Shown: positions 12,450 through 24,507 of the stretch, in pieces | Position numbering within the stretch: position 1 is the first letter of the stretch | Layout of the letters: every line of letters starts with the position of its first letter | DNA from: Moniliella sp. 'wahieum' | Taxonomy: Eukaryota | Length of the DNA: 64,000 nt | Reading direction: 5' to 3' | Assembly: GCA_003971905.1 (NCBI GenBank) | Contig: RSEE01000088.1 | Coordinates: 62,001 to 126,000 of the forward strand | Program-made: the position numbers and the translations under genes | Notes under the pieces: generated by a model | Told to the model about the DNA's origin: nothing | The model's database searches: none | What the model saw: the letters and a program-made list of their open reading frames with translations, nothing else

Positions 12450-14036
12450 ATGAGCTTAACACAAATCATCGCCAATAATCCTGCGTGGCCATCCATCCCT
12501 GGCCAAGGCCCGTGGGCTGGCTTGCCGCCCGAGCTGCAGCCAGTCTTCAAGTTGATGGAGGATCAGATCTATGTGGGCAGCATCGCGTGGTGGCTGAATC
12601 TGGTAGCCATTGGCGCGATTGGCTTCAACCTGCTTTCCTGCTTCCCATCCGACGTCAAGAAGGTGTGGTGGCCCGAAATCCAGCGGTGCTTCCTCCAGTC
12701 CACCACCACCTATCGACCCTCCGAACCAGGTGAGGCCCACCAACGGATCGTTCGACACAACATCGTCCGCCCTGTCTCTTCCTGGAAACTGCCTCGACCC
12801 GTCATCATCTGCCATTTTCTGATCCGCCTCATCGTGTTCCCATACGTTGCAACCATCATCGACTATTACCGCCTTCCTTCCTCATGCAGCTCTCGGCTCT
12901 GCATGCCTCCATTTTCAGCCTTGGATTGGCAGCGGTGTTGGGCCAATGCATTCTCACCCTTCGCTGTGTGTCCTGTTGCCGCAGCCTCCCCGGTCACACG
13001 ATCCTCGCGTTGACGTTATGGGCCCTGAACATTTTGAATCTTGGTTTATGGTCTGCCTTCGCTTTCGTAACCCAAAACTCCTCGTTCGTCTTACCTCTCC
13101 TCTGCCTATGGCTTTCCGCAAACTGACGACGTTTGTCCAGCTACCCTGCCCCCTTGCCGCTGGGTTTCCGTAGTGGGTTCAGGTGCGGCAACCTGAGTAC
13201 CCAGAGGTGGCTAGGAATCACGGTCTATGTCATAACCTTCTTCCAAGATACGCTCATGTTTGTCGCTAGCACCCTGGCCATTTCCAGTGGTACCGACGCC
13301 TACGCTGGAACTGGGTCGCTTGGTTCCCATCGCATCCTCCACTTTTTCAGCACGGTGTGGGCTGGGACAAAGAGTTCATTCACCTCCATCTTTGCCAGTC
13401 CTGACAGTCACAATACTACGAGTGTTGGCAGACTTGTATCGAATAAGTTCGTGTACGACAGCACCCGGGTCGTTATGGTCTCATGGATGCTCGAGATTGT
13501 CGGAATTGGGTTCAACCTTGCCTATACAGTGGTTCCCAAGAACCCTGACCTGATCCGCAGTTCCTGGATTCTCCCTCTGCATGCAATCATCAGCATGGTC
13601 TTTGTCCTTCGCTTCTCAACAGTTCTCGTTCCTTTGCCTCTGCCCATTCGAGGACGGGTTATACGGGCGATTCGAGCAGCGGCGGGTACCGCAGCAAGAA
13701 TGGTGGCCTGCAGGGCATCTCGGTCTTGAGCACGGTCCAGCATCATACGGAAGCGGTAAATGAGCTTCATATTCCCGTTACCACCCCGCACCAACATGAA
13801 GCCTTCAGCTCGTACCGCTCGCCCATGGTGGTGGAAAACATGCACACCTTCCCCATGACCAGCCTGGCTGCTGCGCCCTCCCCCGCAATCAAGGACAGCA
13901 AGGAGGAGGGTGAGATTTATGTATCGGACCCTTCCTTGGGCGCACGGGCCCTTCCGAGTCTTCGGGGCCTAGGGGCAATCGGCATCCCAGCCACCGGGTG
14001 GATTCCAGTGACGATGTGTCCTACCAAGCCGCCTGA
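12450..14036 (+). pseudogene. 7TM GPCR-like membrane protein, copy A; three frameshifts versus copy B (pseudogene or assembly error); intron 13084-13140
   Basis: Same start MSLTQIIANNP as copy B. It has an extra 2 nt at ~12890 (gcagctctcgg vs gcagctcgg) and 1-nt deletions at ~13605 and ~13950. Confidence 0.6.
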
Positions 14037-15066
14037 CCAAAACAGTCGCCTTCCCATACCCAGCCGCACTTTGATTTCTTAGTACTCCAACCCTGTTTTC
14101 TTTTGTCCGCCTCCTCTCTTTAACATCCCATGCGCCGCGGCAGATGGCTTCACCAGCGTCTTGATATTCTTGCTGTTGGCCCGGCCGGATCCGAGCTGCT
14201 ACTTTATCTTTCCTCCACGTTACTTCCTTGCCACTGTTTTCTTGCTCTGCTTCCTGATCTGCTGCCGCCCCACTACACCAGTCCTCATGTACCTGTGCTC
14301 CGAATAAAGAACGTTATCGATGTTTAACGTTTATTCCGATCCCATTTTGCTCTACGATCGAATATATATGCACCTGCAGGGCAGACACGGAGGCAAGCCA
14401 GCAGGAGATCGAGATGCCCACCATACCTAGACCGTCCTGGTTGTGACATGTGATCAATGATCCCTCGGTAGCCGTTCCGTCCCATCTCCCTATCACTCTG
14501 CAAGGGTGGCGCCGCTGTTGTCCTTGTCAGGCCCAGACGCATTAGGTTGGACAATGCCGCCCGGCTGGAGGACAAGACGGTGGGGTGGCTTCCCTTTCCT
14601 GGACACGGGGGTGGGCCACAATGCATAATGCATAAGCCGAGCCGGGTCAACCGGTCAAACCCAATCACCAGCAACCTCTCCGTTGGTGTGCGCTGCGGCA
14701 GGGCGACGTAGCCGCGGCCTCGCTCGAACATGTGAGTGTTAAGTCGACGTGGCTCTCTTGTCCACAGCATCTGGCCTTGCGCCTTCTTGTGGATCGACGT
14801 GGACCAGGCCAGCCTCAGCGAGACACAGGGCCTAGCACAGAGTTGGCCCGGCTACTTCCACAGCACGGGTTGTGGGAGGCATGGAGGGGAGGGGGAACTA
14901 CAGTATCAAGTTAATCCGGTGGTTGGGTGCTATAACAGAGGGTATAGCAAAGCCCTCTGCAAGGCCTCGGCCTCACTGGCCTTAGGCCTTATCACTCTCA
15001 CCGCCTCACCGGTGAGGCTCACCGCTCAAGCGACTAAAGCCCACGGCGGGTCGCCAGTCTTGAAGA

Positions 15067-15189
15067 GCTTGAAGCTTGAAGCTTGAGGCTTGAAGCTTGA
15101 AGCTTGAGGCTTGAAGCTTGAAGCTTGAAGCTCGACGCTTGAAGCTTGAAGCTCGACGCTTGATGCACTTGATGGCTTGATGGCTTGAT
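15067..15189. repeat. Heptamer array (TGAAGCT)n with variants
   Basis: tga-agct-tga-agct... directly visible; a shorter homologous array lies at ~11780-11830. Confidence 0.9.
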
Positions 15190-15738
15190 ACTTTCGCAGA
15201 TTTGACCGACAGGACATGGGGCAGGGGGCGCGCACACGATCGATAATCGAGACAATCCAGAGACCGTACTATAGTTGGAGCAGCCCCCTTCTAGACACGT
15301 ATACTGCCCCTTGTGGATCCACAGTGCATTGCATAACATGTAACATTTGCAAAACCGATGATGATTGATGAGGAGCTGAAAATGAGGCGCACATCCAATG
15401 GTCGCGTCTAGAGGCTGGACCACCTGGACCATCCCCTTCTGTTTGGTACAGGGTGCGGCGCCCCGATGATCGATGGTACCTGAGGCCTGAGGCCTGATAT
15501 GCTCGCGCACCCACCTGCCAAGTCCTACGTTGTTCCAGTTCCAAGAACAGCCTGCCCGTATCCTTACGCATGAAAATGTAACCGGACCGACCGCATGACC
15601 AACCCCTTATAACCCCCCATTGGCTGCTCCCGTCGTCTCCTCCGTTTCAACGCTTCGCCTCCCCCCAACCGCCTTCTTGGCAGACCTCGCCTTTGCACCC
15701 CACGCTCCCTCCTCTGGCCCTTTCCCACAGCCAACACT

Positions 15739-17331
15739 ATGAGCTTAACACAAATCATCGCCAATAATCCTGCGTGGCCATCCATCCCTGGCCAAGGCCC
15801 GTGGGCTGGCTTGCCGCCCGAGCTGCAGCCAGTCTTCAAGTTGATGGAGGATCAGATCTATGTGGGCAGCATCGCGTGGTGGCTGAATCTGGTAGCCATT
15901 GGCGCGATTGGCTTCAACCTGCTTTCCTGCTTCCCATCCGACGTCAAGAAGGTGTGGTGGCCCGAAATCCAGCGGTGCTTCCTCCAGTCCACCACCACCT
16001 ATCGACCCTCCGAACCAGGTGAGGCCCACCAACGGATCGTTCGACACAACATCGTCCGCCCTGTCTCTTCCTGGAAACTGCCTCGACCCGTCATCATCTG
16101 CCATTTTCTGATCCGCCTCATCGTGTTCCCATACGTTGCAACCATCATCGACTATTACCGCCTTCCTTCCTCATGCAGCTCGGCTCTGCATGCCTCCATT
16201 TTCAGCCTTGGATTGGCAGCGGTGTTGGGCCAATGCATTCTCACCCTTCGCTGTGTGTCCTGTTGCCGCAGCCTCCCCGGTCACACGATCCTCGCGTTGA
16301 CGTTATGGGCCCTGAACATTTTGAATCTTGGTTTATGGTCTGCCTTCGCTTTCGTAACCCAAAACTCCTCGTTCGTCTTACCTCTCCTCTGCCTATGGCT
16401 TTCCGCAAACTGACGACGTTTGTCCAGCTACCCTGCCCCCTTGCCGCTGGGTTTCCGTAGTGGGTTCAGGTGCGGCAACCTGAGTACCCAGAGGTGGCTA
16501 GGAATCACGGTCTATGTCATAACCTTCTTCCAAGATACGCTCATGTTTGTCGCTAGCACCCTGGCCATTGCCAGTGGTACCGACACCTACGCTGGAACTG
16601 GGTCGTTTGGTTCCCATCGCATCCTCCACTTTTTCAACACGGTGTGGACTGGGGCAAAGAGTGCCTTTACCTCCATCTTCTCTCACCCGGGTAGTCCCGA
16701 CTCCACTAGCGTTGGCCGGCTTGTATCGAACAAGTTTGTGTACGACAGCACCCGGGTCGTTATGGTCTCGTGGATGCTCGAAATTGTCGGCATTGGATTC
16801 AACCTTGCCTATACCATCGTTCCCAAGAAACCCGATCTGGTCCGCACCTCCTGGGTTCTCCCTCTGCATGCAATCATCAGCATGGTCGTTGCTCCTTCAC
16901 TCCTCAACAGTTCTCGTGCCTTTGCCTTTTCCAACAATTCGCGCACGGGTTATACTGGCGAGTCGGGCAGCGGCGGGTACCGCAGCAAGAATGGTGGCCT
17001 GCAGGGCATCTCGGTCTTGAGCACTGTTCAGCACCATACAGAAGCGGTTAATGACCTTCACCGTCCTGCTACCAACCCGCACCAACATAATGAAGCCTTC
17101 AGCTCGTACCGCTCGCCCATGGTGGTGGAAAACATGCACACCTTCCCCATGACCAGCCTGGCTGCTGCACCCTCCCCCGCAATCAAGGACAGCAAGGAGG
17201 AGGGTGAGATTTATGTATCGGACCCTTCCTTGGGCGCACGGGCCCCTTCCGAGTCTTCGGGGCCTAGGGGCAATCGGCATTCCAGCCACCGGATGGATTC
17301 CAGTGAAGATATGCCTTTCCACGCTGCTTGA
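15739..17331 (+). CDS. 7TM GPCR-like integral membrane protein (511 aa, DUF6533-like N-terminus), copy B; intron 16371-16427
   Basis: A GTTCGT...CTGAC...CAG intron joins ORFs 15739-16413 and 16420-17331 in frame. There are seven hydrophobic segments, with Cys before TM3 and in ECL2 (FRCG), and a Ser-rich C-tail. Confidence 0.8.
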
Positions 17332-19847
17332 CCAGAAGAGCAGCCCCCGTCTCATACCCGGTTGCACTTTGATCGCTAAGTCTTCCACCCCTTTTCCTTT
17401 TGTCCACCTCCTCTCTTGGAGTTGCCACTTTCTTTTTTCCTCGTGTTGCTTCCGTATCGTCCCCTTCTTAGTCTGCTTGGTGATGTGTCAAGGCCCCATT
17501 GCTCCACTCCCCATGTACCTGCGTTCCGAATACAGAGAAACTGCCGATGTGCTATCCGATTCCATTCTCCACTATGATTGAATATATATGTATCTAAAGA
17601 GCAGACACGGAGGCGAATCAGCAAGGGCTCGGAGTGCTGTGGTATCATGGCTGCTGTGAGTGACACTGCCATACGTTTTGTCAGGGGTTTGTGCCACGGG
17701 CGACGACGGGCTGGCAAGCCCGGGGGAGTCTACACGCGCCCTTCGCCTTCCTAACCCCGTCCTCAAGTTGCTCAGTGGGCCAGATTCGATCTGATCCGAT
17801 CTGAGCTGAGGTCTGATCCTCATTCTTCCTCTATTGCGTTGTTTCCCTTTTAGTCACTGTCTGTTATAGCAATGGTTCGTGGTTTCTCCCTACGTTTCAT
17901 TGGCATCTCCCCTATCTCCTCGCCAATTGATCAATCCAGTACAGGGAACTCCTCTTAGTTGCTTCTTCAGCTCCCGTCTTCAGCTCCCTGTTCCCCAGTC
18001 CAAGTCCAGCTCAGTTCAGCCGCGTGTGATCCAGCCCACAGTGGAGCCTCCGCCAGTCCCAGTCCAGCCCCAGTCCAGCAGTGGAGGTCACCGCTGTCGC
18101 CTCCCCGTCCCTGAACCCGAAGGTTTCAGACACGCTACTGCCGCCCAAGCCGGTGCTACGCAGCCTTGCCACACCCCACCCGCCTCTGCTATAGGCCGAC
18201 AGGCCTCTTCTCGTCCCTGGCTCCGCTCGAGCCCACCAATCAGCCCAAGTGCGTAACTAACCGTGAGTCGACCTTAGGACCCCCCAGGGATTGTACCCCT
18301 TAACCCCCCCCCCCCGGGCGGGCCCCCACCGCCCGCTCGTCACAGACCACGCCGATGGTCGCAATGTGGTCGAGCACAACACCCCCGGTCATATATCCCG
18401 GGTCATCCGAACGCTCAGTATAATAGCTAGACGGTCCCCAAACAACTGTGGCTCATTTGCCTATAGAAGACCCGCAAATGGAATGTATACATGCCGTATC
18501 GATTTTAGGATCAATACTGGTCCGCGAAGGTGACGGTGAGGCTGCAGTAATAGCCAGAGAAAAGATCGGTATTGGTTAAAGGGGGAGAGAAAGAGACCAA
18601 GGAAGAAGGGAGAGGTTTACTATTATCTGTGTGGCCCGTGCACCGCAAGCTCCTCAGCTCCTCAGACCGCTCAGGCCTGAGGCTCAGGCCTCACGTAGTT
18701 ATACCATGTGAAACCCCGAGTGCCTGTCTGGTCCCTGCACAAAGCTCCATTGACCACACTTCCTTCACGGGTCCCAGGGTCTTGAGGCCTATCACACCCC
18801 TGCTTGCTCGAAACAAAATATCTGTTCCATTGCCTTGGATTGCAAGGGCAGATTTCGCAAGGTCCATGGGGTCAGTGTCGAGCAATGTGAAGCATACCAT
18901 CCTGCAGGCTAGTCCAGAGCGTATCCAAGGAACGGCAACGGCCCCTCAGCTGCTTTTGGACCCTCCGGGGGACCCAGAAATGGGTTTGACCCTCATCGAC
19001 GGGCAATTTATGTCTCTCGCTGCGCAAGACTGCGTCTGCTCAGGCGCTCGGCCACCCCCTATTAGGAGAGTTGTATGGTCCAACACGTTCTGTGCGCTCA
19101 CTACTAGTACTAGTAGTCACTGGGCCTGTGTGCCTATTCGATCTTGCCTGGGGTTGAGCCGCTGAGCGTTCAACGTTGCACTTCAACGTTATTGATGCAT
19201 GGTTGATGGTGGTCCCCATGGCAGCCTGTACGGCGGTATGATGCACTAACTACTTCACGGGGGCTCCCAAGAGCTGAAGGGGGGTGATCCTCATCTACTC
19301 GCTTTTGTTAAATCGTCGCCGTCTACCAATATGTGGCATCCCCCCCCCAAACACAACCTCAGCTCACGGCTAATGGTCTTGCTGTGAATGGCGCTGGCTG
19401 ACCACTATGGGGTATGCAGAAGTCAGGGGCTGTCGCCCTCTGAAAGACGGCGACCGACAGTGGCATCGACACCAGGTGCTGTACTTTCCTTGACCCCATC
19501 GCATGCAGCAGCCCTCGGCTCAGTCTGAGCGCTCATCTCATCCCCATGGGAGCCTGCCTGAGGCCTGACTGACCAAGATGCATCAAGGCAGGGGTGGCAC
19601 GTGACCGGGTGACATGTGACCGATGATTGGTGATCAGTGATCACTTACCTGTGATCGTCCGGCACAATGTAGGGTTGGGCACAAGCTCCGCAATTGATTG
19701 CGCCAACTGAACAGACACAGGCGATGCGCTATGCCGACCACGTCAACGAGAACAACCCTAGTCTGCGAATGAACGCCTTGGGGGCCTTAGCTCAGGGTTG
19801 GCAGCGGCAGGCTTGCTCCCCACCACCAACCAACCTCATCTGGCATC

Positions 19848-20222
19848 ATGGTCAACGTCCCCAAGACTCGCCGCACGTACTGCAAGGGCAAGGACTGCAA
19901 GAAGCACACGTGAGTTCATTTGCTTCCACCGTGAGCGACAACACGCATACTGACGCTGCGCAGCCCACACAAGGTGACGCAGTACAAGACGGGCAAGGCC
20001 TCGCTCTACGCTCAGGGTAAGCGCCGTTACGACCGGAAGCAGAAGGGTTACGGTGGTCAGACCAAGCCCGTCTTCCACAAGAAGGCCAAGACCACCAAGA
20101 AGGTGGTGCTGCGTCTGGAGTGCTCGGCGTGCAAGTACCGCTCCCACGTGGCCCTCAAGCGGTGCAAGCACTTCGAGCTTGGCGGTGACAAGAAGCAGAA
20201 GGGTGCTGCTCTGTCGTTCTAA
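19848..20222 (+). CDS. RPL42: 60S ribosomal protein eL42 (L42/L44/L36a); intron 19910-19963
   Basis: [74 protein letters not shown]...; GTGAGT donor, CTGAC branch, CAG acceptor. Confidence 0.98.
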
Positions 20223-20866
20223 GTGTCCCTATATGGTTTTGGGGAGCTGGAGAGCATGGTTGGGCTGGATGTCTGCGCCTCCCCCCATCTTCAGGGGAGG
20301 CGCAGATCTTGCTTGTCATGCGTCTCCTCGTCTCTTGAGACGAACCTTTTTTTGCCAATGCAAGCTTGCTTGCATGCCCCAGCAGATTCTGCTGTATGGC
20401 GTCTTCGGACGACCTGGTGCTCTGGTTGCAAATAGTCGGACCGAGCGTTGCTCGCGTCGCAGACTTTCTCCTTGGGGGGAACCCAACAGGCCTTGCCCTC
20501 CCAGTTCTGGCCAGCTTGCCACGTGCGTGCATCGGCCTTGTTCAGTTACCGTTATCGTCTTTGAGGGCGCGCGAGTGTTCTGGCACGTCGACAGTGCGCA
20601 CGCTGTGGACAGAGGCATGGGCCAGGTGAGTGTCTGTTGGTGGTCTGGCGACGCAGCGGCGGACGGCCACATAGTTGGAGAGTAAGCCAGTCCCGTAGAA
20701 CAATTGAGGAATGAACGTTGAACTTCGTGCACATCGTTCTGGGTTTTGTATGAACGTAGTTTGGTGATCCCAATGCGCGAGATCGGCAAGATAGACTCTA
20801 AGACTCTAACCATTCAACTCGCAAGGGGTTGATCATGCCGATGGTTCGTGCGGGTGGGTGTGGAAG

Positions 20867-20961
20867 GGTCGATTAGCTCAGTTGGTCAGAGCGTGGTACT
20901 AATACATCCGCTTGGAGTGTTGGTGATGCCAAGGTCATGAGTTCAAGCCTCATATTGACCA
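20867..20961 (+). tRNA. tRNA-Ile(AAT) with 21-nt intron (20905-20925)
   Basis: Acceptor stem GGTCGAT/ATTGACC, D-arm TAGCTCAGTTGGTCAGAGC, anticodon arm TGGTA-CT-AAT-A[intron]A-TGCCA and T-loop GTTCAAG. A TTTTT Pol III terminator follows. Confidence 0.93.
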
Positions 20962-21611
20962 GACTTTTTGCTTCAGCTTTAATTCGTTGGCTGGGCCTGG
21001 ATGCTAACCATGATCTAATTGAAGATCCCCAAATAACTCTTGTAATGTCTGCTGTCTATGCCACCGGTATTGCCTCCAATTCGCGTTTTCCTCAGGCCTC
21101 TGCCCCGGAGGAGAGCTTCCCCACTCTTTTACTGTCGCCCCAGGGATATTAGGCTGTGGTTGAACGGGGTCACCGGTCAACTCCCTCAGCAACCCTCATC
21201 GGGATATTCGGGTTCGATCCATCGAGGGGAATGGCCGGCGCGACGTTTATTTTTTGAAAAAGTTGCTCTTGGCACAGTTGGCGGTGAGTAGATGGTACGA
21301 ACGATCCATGAGAGAGTGAACGGAAAGGAAACCGCATTGGTCGCCCGCCCAGGGGGGTTCCCAACAAATGAAGGTCGGTTTTAACATGTCAAAACGACCA
21401 ATGCTGACATTAATGACGGAAGAGCTGACTTGCACCGATTGCGCACTGCAAGGTTGAAACTCAGAAGGTCGCCTGCCCGGCTGGCTTTTTTCCTGGACAG
21501 AAGCCCCTAGGGACGGCGGCGGCAAAGGCCAAGGCCACGGCAAAGACACCGGCCTACGCACGGCGACGCCTTCCTGACCTTCTCCACACACCTCCGCCTG
21601 TCCACGCCACC

Positions 21612-24389
21612 ATGATGGCAGTAAGAGCGGCCATCTGGAGACGCCCTGCGCTGCACGTTGTGCGTCCGCTTCCCTCGTGCGGCGCTAGTAGTCCCAGCCG
21701 AGCGGAGACCGCACCAACGACGCGCAAGTCCAAGCGCAAGATGATGTTTGAGCGCACCAAGGACCCCACCTTTGTCGACCGTGTGTTTATGTTTGCCGCG
21801 GCCGGGACCGGTGGCGATGGTGCCGTATCGTTTTCGCGCGACAAGGGACTGCCCATTGGCCCCCCAGGCGGTGGAAATGGTAGCCGCGGCGGCAGCATCT
21901 ACGTTCAAGTCGATATGGGCCTCACTTCGCTCGGGCACATTGGCAATGTGGGCAGTGGCTTGCCCCGCGCCTTGACGCAAGCGGACGAGGAGGTATTTGC
22001 AGAGATGACGTCCATGTCGGAGGAGGATATTCCCGTTGTGGCTACCGTACGCGCGGCCGATGGCGAGCACGGCAAGGGCTCCGACTTGGATGGCAAGCGG
22101 GTCCCCGACCGCATTGTCCGCGTCCCCCCCGGTACAGTAGTCAAGGTCAAGTATCTCTACCCTTCCTACCTGGCCAAAAGTACCGATATGGTGAGGGCCT
22201 TGGAGGAAGAGGAGGCCAAGGTGGAGAAGCAAACGGACACCCAAGGTTTGCCTCCTCCAGAGAAAGAAGCCTCTGCTCCCTCGCCCGATTCGGACGAGGC
22301 ACTTTCACAGGCGGACAATACCGCATCGCCTGCACCTAAGCGCGAAGCACCGCAAGAACTCGAGTCGTCCGATGCAGCCTTATCGCAACTCTCGCCCTCG
22401 GAGCTTGCGGAGGAGGAGGAGGCGACCCAAAAGGCTCTGCGGGAGGTTGAGAGCCAGCAGAGGGAACATGAGGAGCGGCACACCGAATCCAAATCTAAGG
22501 AGCAGCAGGCGCCTCCGATGGAAGAAGAGAGGACAAAGACGGAGAAGGAAGAAGAGAACCCGAACCCTCGCGATTTTGAGGAACCCGAAACGCCTCTGTT
22601 CCAACAACAGGCGGATGGGCGGGCCGAGTACGAAGATGAGTTGATCTACAAGGGGTTCTTTGCCAAGACAATGACTGGACGCCGGCCTCCACTGTCAATG
22701 TTGTCGATGCTCGCTCCAACACTCGATCGGCACGAGGCACGGGATCGGCTGCGACGGCAAAAGGCGCAAATGGTCGAGTTGGAAGAAAGAGAGGCAGAAC
22801 GACTGCGGCAGAAGGCGGCACGCCGAGCGGAGATTCAAGCTCGGATCGAAGCAGCCCGCCTACGTCAAGAAGGGAAGGATGCCCCGAATCCTGAGTCTGA
22901 GTTGGACGAGGAAGAAGACGACTACGATGAGGATGCGGAATACTGGGCCAAGGTGGAGCGTAAACGGTACAGAGAGTGGAAGAAAACCCCCGAGGCGGCT
23001 CAGCAGCGTGCTGAACAGAGTGCCGAGGCCGAGCAGACGGCTGCGCGCCTCGCCCTCTTTTGGAGGTTTATGCCCAAGAGCGAATCCGCGGCGGGGGAAG
23101 GGTTGAGCAGCCTCCTGCATTCGGGCTGGCAGCAACGTACCTTTTTCGAGGCGGAAGAGCGGGCGGGTCGTCTGCTGTTGCAACAACGGCACGAACGTCT
23201 GCGGTCCCACTTGGACCGTGTCCGCTCCTACCGCAAGTCCGCACAAGAACACGCTGCACTGATGGCTACCCAGGATCCACGAAGGGCGATCCGGGCAGAG
23301 GAACACATGGCTGCATGGGACTTTGTGATCGACCTCAACGACGTGGCGACGGCGGATGCGATGGCGCAGGCAGGCGGAAGCTTGGTGGCTGGCCAAGCGG
23401 CCGATGCCATGTCGGGGCAGCGTAGTGCACCCATCTTACTCGCGCAGGGCGGTATGGGGGGGATGGGCAACGTGTTCTTCTACTCGGGACGGGACCGGAG
23501 TCCGAAGCTGGGCATGCGGGGAGCAGCGGGGGAAATGATCCGTGTCATGCTGGAGCTCAAGAGTGCTGGGGACGTGGGGTTGGTGGGCTTCCCCAATGCG
23601 GGTAAAAGCACCTTGCTCCAGGCTCTTACCGGTGCCGATGGGGAGAATGGTGGGCGAGTGGGCGGGTGGGCATTCACTACCCTCAACCCGTCGATGGGTA
23701 TTCTGCGTCTTGGTTCGGATGGCAGAGTGATGAACGCAGGCAAGGGCGTGATTGGGGAGACGGCGAAGCGGGTACGTGGCGGTACTGGAGCGCAGGTGAC
23801 GCAAGAAGATACCCCGGAGGCGCGATCGCTGCGGAAGAACGCGGCGGCGGCTATTGACGACTACGCTGAGACGGACGAGCACGATGCCAAGTACCGTCGC
23901 TTGCTCGTCGCTGCCGATAATCAGATGCGGCGAGAAGAAGTGGAGGAGTCGTACCGGATCCAAGTGGCCGACTTGCCTGGTCTAATCCAGGGTGCTTCGG
24001 ATAACGTGGGTTTGGGTCATTCTTTCCTGCAACACGTCGAACGCAGCGCGATCATTGTGTTTGTTGTCAATCTGGCCGCCAAGGCGGATGAACCCTCTGC
24101 GTGGGAGGCACTGCGGGTGCTCTTTAATGAGTTGGAGGCGTATCAGCCTGGCCTGGCCACCCGGGCTACCATGGTGATTGCGAATAAGGCCGACCAGCTC
24201 GACCGGCCTGGGGCCGAGACAGAGGCACGGGCCACGCTCCAACGACTGCAAGAGGAAGTCAAGGCGTTGCATCATTCTCAACTTGCCGTGGCGGAGCGGC
24301 TAGGCTTGCCCGCACCTCCCCCCATGGAGGTTATTCCGGTTGCAGCAAAGTACCGTCTGAATGTGGACAGGGTGGCGCAGAGGTTGTGA
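21612..24389 (+). CDS. MTG2: Mitochondrial Obg/CgtA-family GTPase with long insertions; last residues possibly frameshifted
   Basis: Obg fold FVDR...AGTGGDGAVSF...GPPGGGNGSRGGSI; G1 DVGLVGFPNAGKSTLL, G2 FTTLNP, G3 DLPG, G4 NKAD. The Arg-rich N-terminus resembles a presequence. Confidence 0.92.
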   Translation: MMAVRAAIWRRPALHVVRPLPSCGASSPSRAETAPTTRKSKRKMMFERTKDPTFVDRVFMFAAAGTGGDGAVSFSRDKGLPIGPPGGGNGSRGGSIYVQVDMGLTSLGHIGNVGSGLPRALTQADEEVFAEMTSMSEEDIPVVATVRAADGEHGKGSDLDGKRVPDRIVRVPPGTVVKVKYLYPSYLAKSTDMVRALEEEEAKVEKQTDTQGLPPPEKEASAPSPDSDEALSQADNTASPAPKREAPQELESSDAALSQLSPSELAEEEEATQKALREVESQQREHEERHTESKSKEQQAPPMEEERTKTEKEEENPNPRDFEEPETPLFQQQADGRAEYEDELIYKGFFAKTMTGRRPPLSMLSMLAPTLDRHEARDRLRRQKAQMVELEEREAERLRQKAARRAEIQARIEAARLRQEGKDAPNPESELDEEEDDYDEDAEYWAKVERKRYREWKKTPEAAQQRAEQSAEAEQTAARLALFWRFMPKSESAAGEGLSSLLHSGWQQRTFFEAEERAGRLLLQQRHERLRSHLDRVRSYRKSAQEHAALMATQDPRRAIRAEEHMAAWDFVIDLNDVATADAMAQAGGSLVAGQAADAMSGQRSAPILLAQGGMGGMGNVFFYSGRDRSPKLGMRGAAGEMIRVMLELKSAGDVGLVGFPNAGKSTLLQALTGADGENGGRVGGWAFTTLNPSMGILRLGSDGRVMNAGKGVIGETAKRVRGGTGAQVTQEDTPEARSLRKNAAAAIDDYAETDEHDAKYRRLLVAADNQMRREEVEESYRIQVADLPGLIQGASDNVGLGHSFLQHVERSAIIVFVVNLAAKADEPSAWEALRVLFNELEAYQPGLATRATMVIANKADQLDRPGAETEARATLQRLQEEVKALHHSQLAVAERLGLPAPPPMEVIPVAAKYRLNVDRVAQRL

Positions 24390-24507
24390 GCAGCACAAAA
24401 CCTTGACCGCTCGGCTGCAGGTGGAAGCCCCCAGTGAAGGGGAGGTTGATGATATCTAGGCTGTCTAATGCACTACTTTGTATACACACTCTTTAGTCTG
24501 CGTTGCA

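Larger units (their letters stand above)
11780..17625 (+). repeat. Tandem segmental duplication: unit A ~11780-14405, unit B ~15060-17625 (offset ~3.29 kb)
   Basis: Promoter (gacaggacatggggcagggggcgc), CDS and 3' flank (gaatatatatg...gcagacacggaggc) align between the units. Confidence 0.95.

Noticed and set aside
19848..20222. Cycloheximide-resistance allele of eL42
   Set aside because: Residue 56 is Pro (GQTKP), the sensitive state, not Gln.
20905..20925. Intron in tRNA-Ile(AAT) as a novelty
   Set aside because: It is at the canonical 37/38 position, and intron-containing tRNAs are common in basidiomycetes.
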